DNA of 64,000 nt from Candidatus Latescibacterota bacterium (lineage in GTDB: Bacteria > Latescibacterota > UBA2968 > GCA-2709665), in the NCBI GenBank assembly GCA_965219455.1, contig OZ244744.1, positions 5,312,001 through 5,376,000 of the forward strand, read 5' to 3'. Below are positions 18,609 through 28,269 of the stretch, piece after piece. The translations under genes were made by a program, and so were the position numbers. The first letter of the stretch is position 1. Each line of letters starts with the position of its first letter. The notes under the pieces were generated by a model. The model was not told the DNA's origin. It worked only from the letters and a program-made list of their open reading frames with translations, and did no database searches.

Positions 18609-19335
18609 ATCGGGTGCACGTGCAGTACAGGGTGATTCGGCTGAGTGAACTCAATGGTCAAGAGATTCTCGATGCAGGACAGGCGGGGCTGATCGCCTTT
18701 GCTCCCTTGATGAGGCCCCCTCAAGGGATGGCTTCACGGGCATGGTTGCGGCACTGTATGCACGCGGCTCATACGCGGCCAATGGTTACGCCGTCAAAAG
18801 CCGACTATCTGGCCGGCATGTCGCTGCTCAGCGGGCTGGTGTACGCTCCGGAAACCATTTCTGAAATTGTTTCGAAGGAGGGCACGATGGACCTCATACG
18901 CGAATCATCCTTTGCACAATACCTTACCCGCCAGGGCGTCGTGCAAGGGATCGAGCAGGGGATCGAACAGGGGATCGAACAAGGCGTTGAGCAAGGGCTC
19001 CGGGAGAGTATCCTCGCCGTACTGGAGATTCGATTCGATCTCCCTGCGTCGCATCCTCTGACTGCTCGCATTGAGACGATTGACAAACGCCTTAACAGCC
19101 CGTTGAAAAAGTCCATCCGGGCTGCGTTCGGCCCTTGTGGCCGAAATACTGCGTTGCACTCCCTCCCCGAATCCCCCGATTCGACGCGGTCGCGCGCCTT
19201 GTCTTCGGCCACAATGACTCGGCCTCGCCTGCAGAGCGACTTTATCAACAGACTGTTAAAGCGTTGCTTCGCACGGCGGTCAAGGTATCCAGTCCGGAGG
19301 AATTCGGGCAATTGTTGGATCAGGAACGGCCCTGA
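18609..19335 (+). pseudogene. rpn paralog lacking the N-terminal nuclease half and disrupted by a MITE
   Basis: Matches rpn from RVHxQY onward; internal SD plus ATG (18887) retained; MITE at 19096-19255 shifts the frame. Confidence 0.85.
19096..19255. mobile_element. 160-bp MITE (IS5/IS1182-like ends)
   Basis: TIRs CAGCCCGTTGAAAAAGTC / GACTTTATCAACAGACTG; TTAA on both sides; empty site CCTTAAAGC visible in rpn copy 1 at ~17052. Confidence 0.9.
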
Positions 19336-19640
19336 TATCCATTCCTTGACGAAAAGCCGCTTCATCGTGCTGAAGAAGAACCGAGAAGAGATCCCTCGTA
19401 TCCATCATCCTGCTCATCCGACCATCCTGAAAATCCTGATCCGGACAGTTTCCACCGCCACGGTCTCTTGCAGTCCTGGCAGCGCCTAAACCCGTCGATT
19501 TATCTCCTCCTCCTGCTTGCTAGCGCCCGGACATGGTATTCTGAGGTTTCGGTTAGATGTATGTGAGCAGACAAGAATGTCTGCTCCACCTTTTCAAGTA
19601 TTCCGACGATATCCTGTTCAGCCCGATCGCTTTTGAACGG

Positions 19641-19680
19641 AAAAAACAAAGGAGGCCGATGTATTGGCCTCCTTTTTGTT
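19641..19680. terminator. Bidirectional intrinsic terminator downstream of tRNA-Met
   Basis: AAAGGAGGCCGAT-GT-ATTGGCCTCCTTT hairpin with A/T tracts on both sides. Confidence 0.8.
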
Positions 19681-19684
19681 TTTT

Positions 19685-19761
<77 letters not shown>

Positions 19762-19807
19762 ACCATCATGTCCCATATACTGAAATCTATCAATCCGAAG
19801 CGTTTTG

Positions 19808-21097
19808 TCAAGCGATTTCTTGGGTTTTGCCGTGCTTGCTCCGGTCAGGTTCCTGTTTGACAATCCGAACCGTGGTAATGCGTTGCCCAACCACTTCCTC
19901 CACCAACAGTGTGAGGTTTTCGAAAACAAAGGTTTCGTGGGGACCCGGAACGCGACCCAGGTGGTTGTATATGAAACCCCCCAGGGTTTCGTATCCGTCG
20001 CGCGGAAGTTCGATATTCAGGATCAGGTTGAGGTCGTCTATATCGAGTCGGGCGTCGGCAACCAGCACGTGCCCGTCTTCGTCCCAGTGGTACAGTTGCT
20101 CTTCCTCGTCGTATTCGTCGTGGATTTCACCGACAATCTCTTCAATCAGGTCCTCCAGCGTGACCAGCCCGGAGGTGCCGCCGAATTCATTGATAACAAT
20201 CGCCATATGCACCTTGTTGGTCTTGAACTCTCGCATCAACTCTGCGATTTTCTTGTTTTCAGGCACGAAAACCGGCTGGCGCATGGCGCCCTCGGGCGTC
20301 CAGGCCTGCCCCGTGCTGAGAAGTTCGAGCAGATCCTTGGCGTACACCACGCCTTCGATGTGGTCCACGCGTTCCCGATAAATCGGAATACGGGAATGCC
20401 GCTTCTGCTGAATCAGGGCCAGGATATCCTCCGGTTTGGAGGAGATTTCGGCGCACGCCATGTCAATGCGCGGCACCATCACTTCCTTCACAGTCGTATC
20501 GCCGAACTCGAAAATGCCGGCGATCATGTCCCGTTCTTCCTCTTCTATGGTACCTTCCTCGGTTTCAGTTTCCACGATCTGCCGCAGTTCCTCCTCCTTG
20601 ATGGCCCTGGTATCGGTTTCGCTGACAAAAAGGCTCCGTGTTTTCTGCAGGAGCAGCGCCGGGGCCAGAAGCAGCACATATAGTGGGTAGTAGATGGCAA
20701 TCAGGTGAGGCACCGGGCGGTCGGATCCCTCTTCGCGCCTGTAGAAAGAGATCGCATTGTCAATCAGCAGCGAAATCAGCACGAACGCGGCGATGCTCAG
20801 CAGATCTCGCAGAAGTGGCCAGGCGAAATCGTTCAGCCCGGATCTGGCGAGAAAGGCGAACGCAAGCCCGCCCATCGCTATGGACAGCGATTGGCCAAAC
20901 GTGACCGTCAGGCCCAGGGCGTATCTTGGTCGGTACATCGACAGCAGGAGGTTCGCGCGGGGGACGGCTTCGTCGCGGAGGCGTTCAAGCGTCGCCCGGG
21001 AAATCGTGCTTCCAATTGCGCCCACCCGGGCAATCAGAGCGGTGATGACCAGAGACCCACCCGAGACAAGTGCTGCCAACCATTCGGAGTCATCCAA
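19808..21097 (-). CDS. Hemolysin-family CNNM/CBS/CorC-HlyC domain membrane protein
   Basis: VKEVMVPRIDM, HSRIPIY, EFGGTSGLVTLEDLIEEIVGEIHDEYD, YETLGGFI. Confidence 0.93.
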   Translation of the reverse strand: MDDSEWLAALVSGGSLVITALIARVGAIGSTISRATLERLRDEAVPRANLLLSMYRPRYALGLTVTFGQSLSIAMGGLAFAFLARSGLNDFAWPLLRDLLSIAAFVLISLLIDNAISFYRREEGSDRPVPHLIAIYYPLYVLLLAPALLLQKTRSLFVSETDTRAIKEEELRQIVETETEEGTIEEEERDMIAGIFEFGDTTVKEVMVPRIDMACAEISSKPEDILALIQQKRHSRIPIYRERVDHIEGVVYAKDLLELLSTGQAWTPEGAMRQPVFVPENKKIAELMREFKTNKVHMAIVINEFGGTSGLVTLEDLIEEIVGEIHDEYDEEEQLYHWDEDGHVLVADARLDIDDLNLILNIELPRDGYETLGGFIYNHLGRVPGPHETFVFENLTLLVEEVVGQRITTVRIVKQEPDRSKHGKTQEIA

Positions 21098-21104
21098 AAT
21101 GGAT

Positions 21105-21557
21105 TCACGCTCCTTTCAGGAGTATGCCTGCTTGAAACCGGGCCATATACTCGCGTTCCCTGCATCGCATGGAGGCACAGGACCCGGGAGAGTCGTGGCG
21201 GTACCCGAGCAGATGCAGGGTTCCGTGAATGGCGAGCCACGCTATTTCGTCGGACACGCACCGGGAAGCTTCGCGGGCTTGTACCTCGGCTCGATCCAGG
21301 GAAACGTAGATTTCGCCCAGATCGTCGCTTCCGGGATGGACCGGATCCGCCAGATCGAAGGAAAGAACATCCGTGGGTACATATGCACCCTTGAACTCTC
21401 CGTTCAGACGGCATAGCGCCGCGTCGTCGGCCAGAACCAGGGTGACAGTGCCGTCCGCTCGGTGATCCTGGAGGACACTGTCAAGCAGGAGGTCGAGGTT
21501 CGTCAGGTCGAATGTTACCGGAAGCGGCGCCGCTTGTTCGATGCGAATCCGGGTCAC
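21105..21557 (-). CDS. ybeY: rRNA maturation endoribonuclease YbeY
   Basis: PTDVLSF, LGEIYVS, HGTLHLLGYRH; GTG start overlaps the upstream TGA. Confidence 0.9.
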   Translation of the reverse strand: MTRIRIEQAAPLPVTFDLTNLDLLLDSVLQDHRADGTVTLVLADDAALCRLNGEFKGAYVPTDVLSFDLADPVHPGSDDLGEIYVSLDRAEVQAREASRCVSDEIAWLAIHGTLHLLGYRHDSPGSCASMRCREREYMARFQAGILLKGA

Positions 21558-23869
21558 AGAACTTCCTTCCTGCGCCTGGATTGAACCCGCTTCTGTTCGT
21601 GCTGCCACGGATAGGCAACGCGGCTGTGCCAGGTGGCCTCGAGAATGGGCAGAAATGCTTCCTGAATTTGGGTCAGGTCTCTGAGTGTCAGGTCGCATTC
21701 GTCCAGCTCTCCGGCCGTAAACCTTCCCTTCACGAGCGTTTGAACCATGTCACGTGTTTCTTCGGGGGAGATCGCGTTGAGGCTGCGAATTGCGGATTCC
21801 ACCGCGTCGGCCAGGCTGACGATGCCGGCCTCCCTGGTCTGAGGCCTCGGACCAGGGTATCGGAAATCTGCGTCGCGTACCTCGTGCGGGGCGCTGCGTT
21901 CCAGGGCACTCTTTTTGAAACTTGCGATTTCGCTGGTACCGTGATGCTGGGATATCATATCGATGATGACCCTCGGCAGACCCTCCTCTTCGGCCATTCT
22001 GACGCCGTCCTTCACATGGGAGATCAGAATCAGGGCGCTTAGACGAGGCTGGAGTTCATCGTGCGGATTCACGCCTTTCTGGTTTTCGATAAAATAGTGG
22101 GGTCGGATCATTTTGCCGATGTCATGGTAATAACAGCCCACCCGCGCCAGCAGCCCGTTGGCACCTATACCTTCTGCGGCCGCCTCCGAAAGCCTGGCCA
22201 TGATGATACTGTGACTGTACGTGCCGGGCGCCCGAATGGCCAGATTACGCAACAGCGGCCGGTTCAGATCCGAGAGTTCCAGCAACGTGTAGGTTGTGAC
22301 CACGCTGAATGCGCTTTCGAAGATCGGCAGGAGGCCGATGGTCAGAACCGAGGATGCACAGGCCGTGAACGTCCCCAAAACCAGATCCCACCTGACCTTC
22401 TGGAAGAATTCGCCGAAACTGGGATAGCTGAACAACAGGGTGGCCGTGGCAAGGGTCGAGAGAAGATAGGCACCGACCAGGAAGGCGATGGACCGGTAGA
22501 AAAAGTCGCTGCGACGGTTGACCGGGCGCACGGAATATGCTCCCGCAGCCCCCGTGATCAAGTAGATCAGTCCAAACGAAAGGCTTCCCACGATGCTCGC
22601 GCACAGCGTGGCGCAGACGAACGAAACGACCAGGCCGACTTCGGTGTCGAAAAGTACGGTAGCCAGCATTACCGAAAGCGCAACCGGTACCAGCAGGGGC
22701 GTGACCGACGACACGGTTGCCGCATACGACGCAACCAGGCACGGCATGATGACCAGGATGACAAAGAGGACAAGATTAGACGTTGACGCGAAGACCGAGG
22801 GGCGGGACACCTGAAGAAACACGAATAAAATGGCAATCAGCAGGGCGCTGACAGCAGCCTGGGCGCCGACCTGGAGTTGATATAGATAGGGGACCCTATC
22901 GATCGCCCTGTTCATGTGGACGGCCAGAGAACGCAGTTGGTCCATGTGTTCGGAGGTCACGCGGTCGTGTTTGTCTATGATGCGCTCACCTCCCAGAACG
23001 GATCCCTTGTAGGGCGAGACCCTTGCCGCTGCCTCGTCCCTTCGCCGTTCAGTTTCTTCCGCGCTGTAGGTGAGATTGGGCGTTAGGAATACGACCACAA
23101 GCTCGTAAACGGTCTTTATCTCCACAGGTGTTCCCTGCGGAAACTGCCTGTCGATTTCATCCTGCAGGCTCCGCTCATACCATTCGAGGCCGTGGATGGG
23201 TGCTGCCGAAATTCGTCGCTCCAGGTCGTCCCGGACGAGGAATACCTCCTTGATGTCGTTTCCAAGGACTTCCGAGTCCTGGTTCAATACCCCAACCGTA
23301 TAACTGGATACGAGAAGTTCGCGTACGGTCGTGCGAAGCTTGTCGAATCCGGTGGGGTAGTTGGCCGCCTGATTGATGAGAAAACGAAGACTGGCCTGAG
23401 ATACCGACCCGATTTCCGAATGCGCATGTTGCAAATGGTAAACCGCCGAGTCCGAAATGGCGGAGACGCTCAACGCATTCAGATCTTCAAAGAATCCGTC
23501 CAGGGCGCGTCGTCGATCGGCCGACACCTCCGCGTTCAGGAATAAGACGGGAAGAACGTCGCTGACGGCTGTTTCCACTTCGCGGTCATATTCGGTTTCG
23601 TTTTTGAGCACTTTGAAGTTTTCCGGTGCGATCACTTCATAGGGCGCGATCGTGCCCTCGCTGAACGCACTGTGTTCGTAGTTTCGTCTGGCAATCGGGA
23701 AAAAATACGTCAGCAGGGCAACCAGAGTGAACATGAGCCCCCCACGCAACAGAATCCTTATGCGCAACCGCAGCTTGCGTCGGGATAGCGCCCCACGGTC
23801 GCCGCTGTTGGCGTCCGTTTCCACGAGGCCTGTGGACAGGAGCATTCGTCGGAGACTACGCATCATCAC
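21554..23869 (-). CDS. 7TM-HD family phosphohydrolase (PgpH/YqfF-like, putative cyclic-di-AMP phosphodiesterase)
   Basis: Extracellular domain, 7 TM helices, APGTYSHS, YYHDIGK, HHGT, LADAVES; conserved phoH-HD-ybeY-CBS synteny. Confidence 0.9.
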   Translation of the reverse strand: MMMRSLRRMLLSTGLVETDANSGDRGALSRRKLRLRIRILLRGGLMFTLVALLTYFFPIARRNYEHSAFSEGTIAPYEVIAPENFKVLKNETEYDREVETAVSDVLPVLFLNAEVSADRRRALDGFFEDLNALSVSAISDSAVYHLQHAHSEIGSVSQASLRFLINQAANYPTGFDKLRTTVRELLVSSYTVGVLNQDSEVLGNDIKEVFLVRDDLERRISAAPIHGLEWYERSLQDEIDRQFPQGTPVEIKTVYELVVVFLTPNLTYSAEETERRRDEAAARVSPYKGSVLGGERIIDKHDRVTSEHMDQLRSLAVHMNRAIDRVPYLYQLQVGAQAAVSALLIAILFVFLQVSRPSVFASTSNLVLFVILVIMPCLVASYAATVSSVTPLLVPVALSVMLATVLFDTEVGLVVSFVCATLCASIVGSLSFGLIYLITGAAGAYSVRPVNRRSDFFYRSIAFLVGAYLLSTLATATLLFSYPSFGEFFQKVRWDLVLGTFTACASSVLTIGLLPIFESAFSVVTTYTLLELSDLNRPLLRNLAIRAPGTYSHSIIMARLSEAAAEGIGANGLLARVGCYYHDIGKMIRPHYFIENQKGVNPHDELQPRLSALILISHVKDGVRMAEEEGLPRVIIDMISQHHGTSEIASFKKSALERSAPHEVRDADFRYPGPRPQTREAGIVSLADAVESAIRSLNAISPEETRDMVQTLVKGRFTAGELDECDLTLRDLTQIQEAFLPILEATWHSRVAYPWQHEQKRVQSRRRKEVL

Positions 23870-24884
23870 GTGCGTTACCCTTTACAATTTCCTGATGTTC
23901 CACGGCTTCATTCAGCCCAGACCCATCCGTTGCCTTCAGCCGTTTTTCACTTTCATGACGGTCGTATGCGGAGATGATCTTGCGTACCAGAAAGTGGCGC
24001 ACCACATCCTGTTCAGTGAAATAGACGAACCGGACGGCCTCAATATGCGAGAGAATCTGCTGAACATGTACAAGCCCGGACACAGGGTCTGGTGGCAGAT
24101 CGATCTGTGTGATATCGCCGTTGACAACGGCCTTGGAGTTGGCCCCCAATCGCGTGAGAAACATCTTCATCTGGCTGATGGTCGTGTTTTGAGCCTCATC
24201 CAGAATCACGAAAGCGTTGTTGAGCGTACGACCCCGCATGAACGCAAGGGGAGCGATTTCCAGTGTCCGGTTTTCGAGCAGATGTTGCATATGCTCGCCG
24301 GGAATCATGTCCCTCAATGCGTCGTATAGCGGTCGCAGATAGGGATCGACCTTTTCTTGAATGTCGCCCGGTAGAAATCCCAGGTTCTCTCCTGCTTCCA
24401 CCGCCGGACGCGTCAGAATAATCCTCGAAACCTCCTTGCGCTTCAGCGCGGCGGCGGCGCAGGCGACCGCGAGGTAGGTTTTGCCGGTCCCGGCGGGGCC
24501 GATGCCGAAAACGATATCGAAATTCTCGATTCCGGTCACATATTGTTTCTGGGCCGCCGAACGGGGCCGAATCACGCATTTCTGGGTGACCAGAACGGTC
24601 TCTGCGGCTTCAGATGGCCCATTGCCGGGGGTTTTTCCGCCCGGCACGTTTAATCGTTCGGGCGTGCCCCCGCGCCTCAGGCACGAGACCATCTCTTCCA
24701 GCAGGCCGGAAACATGCCTGACTTTGTAGGCGGGCCCCGTGATCGTGACGGTTTCGCCTCGGGCCGTAACGTGTACGCCGTAACGGGCTTCAAGCGCCAG
24801 GAGGTTGACGTCGTTGTGACCGTAGAGGGTCAGAGGATCGACGCCCTGGATGGAAAGCTGATGCGATAAGGTTGGATTTCTCAA
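23856..24884 (-). CDS. phoH: PhoH-like ATPase
   Basis: GPAGTGKTYLA, RPAVEAGENLGFLPGD, AFMRGRTLN, DEAQN. Confidence 0.95.
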   Translation of the reverse strand: MRNPTLSHQLSIQGVDPLTLYGHNDVNLLALEARYGVHVTARGETVTITGPAYKVRHVSGLLEEMVSCLRRGGTPERLNVPGGKTPGNGPSEAAETVLVTQKCVIRPRSAAQKQYVTGIENFDIVFGIGPAGTGKTYLAVACAAAALKRKEVSRIILTRPAVEAGENLGFLPGDIQEKVDPYLRPLYDALRDMIPGEHMQHLLENRTLEIAPLAFMRGRTLNNAFVILDEAQNTTISQMKMFLTRLGANSKAVVNGDITQIDLPPDPVSGLVHVQQILSHIEAVRFVYFTEQDVVRHFLVRKIISAYDRHESEKRLKATDGSGLNEAVEHQEIVKGNARDDA

Positions 24885-24906
24885 CAGGTCAGGTCTTTTC
24901 CCAAAT

Positions 24907-24951
24907 AAAAAAAGCCCCCGTTCCGGCCAGACTCCGGGAACGAGAGCTTTT
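24907..24951 (-). terminator. Intrinsic terminator after the LysM gene
   Basis: Minus strand GCTCTCGTTCCCGG...CCGGAACGGGGGC followed by T7. Confidence 0.7.
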
Positions 24952-25038
24952 CAGAAATCTTATTCGTGGTGTGAGTCGCTTTCCATTTTCTGAGGACGTA
25001 AATCTCCGTAGTTCGGAGCCTTGGTATCTGGAGATCGA

Positions 25039-25890
25039 TCAGTCTTCCGGAACGTCGATGACCTGTGCCGGGAAGATAAGGTCCGGTTTCATGATCTGAG
25101 ATTTGTTCGCACGATAAATGCGATGCCATTTCGAGGGGTCGTTGTAGACCATGCCGGCAATGCTCGTGAGCGTGTGGCCGCTCAGGACCAGATGTTGGCC
25201 TCTGTCTACGCCAAAAGGAATTTGAAGTACCCAGTCGGGAAAGATGAGATCGGGATCCTTGATCTTGTCGCGATTTTCGAGGTAAATGCGGGGCCAGAGG
25301 TAGGCGTTGTCGTATATTTCCCCGCTCCTGGCGATCTTCCAGAGACTGTCGTTCCGGAGCACCGTGTAGTCCTGGATCTTCTTCGCGGGCATCCGGGCGG
25401 CGATTCTCTCAACCAGTTGCGCTATGGTCTTCAGCTTCATCGACGCTTTTGGAATATGGCGGATCTTGTTCTGTTTGAGTCCCTCGACCTCTTCGGAAAT
25501 CGCATCGAAATGATCTCTCTGGTCGAAAAGATCGGCGTCGGGAAGATTCATCAGGGCTCTCAGCTGCCCCTCGACACGATCCAGGGCGGCCAGGTAGGCG
25601 TCGATGCACGATTGATCGGGACAACCAACCAGGTCCAGGAGCTCCTGCCTTGTGCTTGCAATTTGGTCTTCCACACCGGCGATCTGCTGTGCCACCTTGT
25701 CTCCCGCGTCTTTACACTCCTGTACTTTCTGCTTGATTTCCTGGACCTCTTGCTGCACGCTCGCAAGCTGCATTTCGTACTCTTCGTAGGTCATTCCGTC
25801 TTCCGACTGGGCAAAGACAGCCAGCGGGACCAGAGCCATCGCTAGCGCGGTGCAGAAGAGTGAAAACCCGACGTGTCTACGATTCTTCAC
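25039..25890 (-). CDS. Secreted coiled-coil protein with two LysM domains
   Basis: Signal peptide; YTVLRNDSLWKIA...WPRIY...PDLIFP; second repeat WHRIYRAN...PDLIFPAQ. Confidence 0.9.
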   Translation of the reverse strand: MKNRRHVGFSLFCTALAMALVPLAVFAQSEDGMTYEEYEMQLASVQQEVQEIKQKVQECKDAGDKVAQQIAGVEDQIASTRQELLDLVGCPDQSCIDAYLAALDRVEGQLRALMNLPDADLFDQRDHFDAISEEVEGLKQNKIRHIPKASMKLKTIAQLVERIAARMPAKKIQDYTVLRNDSLWKIARSGEIYDNAYLWPRIYLENRDKIKDPDLIFPDWVLQIPFGVDRGQHLVLSGHTLTSIAGMVYNDPSKWHRIYRANKSQIMKPDLIFPAQVIDVPED

Positions 25891-25906
25891 AGGAAACTCC
25901 TTTCCA

Positions 25907-26182
25907 TTACTGATTCAGGGCGTTCTGCACGGCGTCCCTATCGGCGGTCACTCCTTGAAGTTCTTGTTTCTTTTCGGCCAGCGTGCGTTCCAGTTCAGCC
26001 CGCTTCTGCCGACAGGCATCCAGGTCCGCTTCTGCCGCCCGCGCGTTGTTCCTGGCCTCTTCCAGCATCTGGAGATCTTCTTCGGAGGCCATTGCGATAC
26101 AGCCCGACAGAAGGGGGAGCAAGAACAGCGCCAGCACGACGCCAAATCCCGTGAAACGATCCATCAAATTGCGCTTAGCCAT
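25907..26182 (-). CDS. Small coiled-coil lipoprotein
   Basis: Lipobox LSGC followed by a heptad-rich helix. Confidence 0.8.
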   Translation of the reverse strand: MAKRNLMDRFTGFGVVLALFLLPLLSGCIAMASEEDLQMLEEARNNARAAEADLDACRQKRAELERTLAEKKQELQGVTADRDAVQNALNQ

Positions 26183-26396
26183 CGATGTCTCCTTAGGGAC
26201 ACGTGTTCACGCATTGAACGAACGTCGACTTGACATACAAACTGAAAACTGCGGCAATCGTTGAGCCATTCCGGAAAACGCGCAGAAAACACCGGTTTTC
26301 CGAGTTGCATTTAGTGCCTCCAAATTACTACAAGAAAGGGCTAAAGTCAAGAAAAAAATCTACATGATCCCTTGCAGGACAGCGTATATGCGAGGT

Positions 26397-28193
26397 TCAG
26401 GAATTGACCGATTCGCCGCCCAGTAACCGGATTCCGAGTTCTCTCAACTGGTCCGTGTCTACCTCCGACGGAGCGCCGTCCATCAAGGACGCGGCATTGT
26501 TGGTTTTGGGAAAGGCGATGACGTCGCGGATGTAATCCCGGCCCGCCATCAGGGCGACCAGGCGATCGTACCCGAAGGCGATCCCCCCGTGGGGAGGCGC
26601 GCCATAACGGAAAGCATCCAGGAGAAAACCGAATTTCTCTTCCGCTTCCGCCGGAGAAATATCCAGAAGGTCGAACATTCTTTCCTGCATTTCCCGGCGG
26701 TGGATACGAATGCTGCCGCCTGCTATTTCATTTCCGTTAAGCACGAGGTCGTAAGCCCGCGCCCGCACGCCTGACGGATCGGTGGCCATTTTTTTGACGT
26801 CTTCGTCCACGGGCGAGGTGAATGGGTGGTGGCACGCCGCATACCGTTTTTCGCGCGCATCCCATTCCACAAGGGGGAAATGGGTAACCCACCTGAAGCT
26901 GAAGCGATCGCGGTCCAGGAGGTTCAGGTGTCCCGCCAACCTCAATCGCAGATTGCCGAGTACCTCGGCCACAATATTGGGCTGGTCGGCCGCAAACAGC
27001 AGCAGATCCCCTGGCTCGGCCTGGAGGGCCTGCCGCAGAAGGTTCCGCGCCTGTTCCGGGAAGAATTTGACAATGGACGATTCCATGCCGCGGTCGGTGA
27101 CCCTGATCCAGGCGAGTCCCTTGGCGCCGAAGTCACGTACGAAAACACCAAGATCGTCTATCTGTTTGCGCGAGAACGTACCGCAACCCTTGGCATTGAT
27201 TCCGCGAACCTGACCTCCCGCGGAAAGCACACTTTTGAAGACCTTGAACCCGGAAGCTTCGGCTGCCACGGTCAAGTCGACGATTTCCAACCCGAAACGG
27301 GTGTCCGGTTTGTCGGAGCCGTAGGTGTCGATCGCCTCCTTGTGGGTGAGGCGGGGAAAGGGCCGAGGCAGGTCGATATCGAGAATTTCCTTGAAGACGT
27401 GGGCTGTAAGACGTTCCGCCGAGCACATCACGTCTTCTTCGTTGACAAAAGACATCTCGATGTCGATTTGGGTGAATTCCGGTTGCCGGTCCCCGCGCAG
27501 ATCTTCATCTCTGAAACAGCGCACGATCTGAAAATACCGGTCGAACCCGGCCACCATGATAAGCTGTTTGTAGGTTTGGGGGGATTGTGGCAGGGCGTAG
27601 AAGTGGCCGAGGTTGACTCGGCTGGGCACCAGATAGTCACGCGCGCCTTCCGGCGTACTCTTCATCAGAAACGGGGTCTCGACCTCGATGAAGCCGTTGT
27701 CCGAAAGGAATCGTCGCGTGGATTGCGATATGCGGTGCCGCAGCAGGATGTCGGATTGCAGGTCCGGGCGGCGGAGGTCAAGGTAACGATGGCGGAGGCG
27801 GATCTCCTCGTTGGCATCCGACTCGGCTTCGATGAGAAAGGGCGGAGTTTCGGATTCGTTCAGAATTTTCAGTTCGGATGCCTCGATATCGATTTCACCC
27901 GTTGACAGGTTGGGATTCGCCATGCCTTCCGGACGGGATTCCACCCTTCCCTTTACGGCCAACACGAATTCGTTCCGTATGGCTTCCGCCTTACCGTGTA
28001 CCTCCGGATTCAGGTCGGGGCGAAAAACGACCTGTGTGAGCCCGTGTCGATCACGCAGGTCGATAAAAATCACGCCGCCGTGATCCCTGCGTTTTGCGAC
28101 CCAGCCCATCAGGGTGACCTGCCCGCCGATGTCCTGGGCGCGCAGGCTGCCGCACGTGTGCGTGCGTTTCCAATCGCCGAGGGATTCCGCCAT
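26397..28193 (-). CDS. aspS: Aspartate--tRNA ligase
   Basis: RTHTCG, RRDHGGVIFIDLRD, TPEGARDYLVPSR, FRDEDLRGDRQPEFTQ, GAPPHGG. Confidence 0.98.
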   Translation of the reverse strand: MAESLGDWKRTHTCGSLRAQDIGGQVTLMGWVAKRRDHGGVIFIDLRDRHGLTQVVFRPDLNPEVHGKAEAIRNEFVLAVKGRVESRPEGMANPNLSTGEIDIEASELKILNESETPPFLIEAESDANEEIRLRHRYLDLRRPDLQSDILLRHRISQSTRRFLSDNGFIEVETPFLMKSTPEGARDYLVPSRVNLGHFYALPQSPQTYKQLIMVAGFDRYFQIVRCFRDEDLRGDRQPEFTQIDIEMSFVNEEDVMCSAERLTAHVFKEILDIDLPRPFPRLTHKEAIDTYGSDKPDTRFGLEIVDLTVAAEASGFKVFKSVLSAGGQVRGINAKGCGTFSRKQIDDLGVFVRDFGAKGLAWIRVTDRGMESSIVKFFPEQARNLLRQALQAEPGDLLLFAADQPNIVAEVLGNLRLRLAGHLNLLDRDRFSFRWVTHFPLVEWDAREKRYAACHHPFTSPVDEDVKKMATDPSGVRARAYDLVLNGNEIAGGSIRIHRREMQERMFDLLDISPAEAEEKFGFLLDAFRYGAPPHGGIAFGYDRLVALMAGRDYIRDVIAFPKTNNAASLMDGAPSEVDTDQLRELGIRLLGGESVNS

Positions 28194-28269
28194 ATAGAAG
28201 GCTCCGAAAAGGGGATGAATCGAGACTCGGAGATGCCGTCAGGACGTCCCCGCATACCGAATCTTGGCG

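Larger units (their letters stand above)
18264..19619 (+). repeat. Duplicated backbone module, copy 2 (internally deleted)
   Basis: Aligns to 15609-~15963 and ~16578-17416. Confidence 0.9.

Noticed and set aside
18467-19489. 340-aa ORF as a real gene
   Set aside because: Chimera of promoter DNA, the rpn 3' half, MITE sequence and out-of-frame repeat R.
21105-21260. YbeY motif variant HGTLHLLGYRH (R for the usual D) as inactivation
   Set aside because: All three metal-binding histidines are retained and synteny is canonical.
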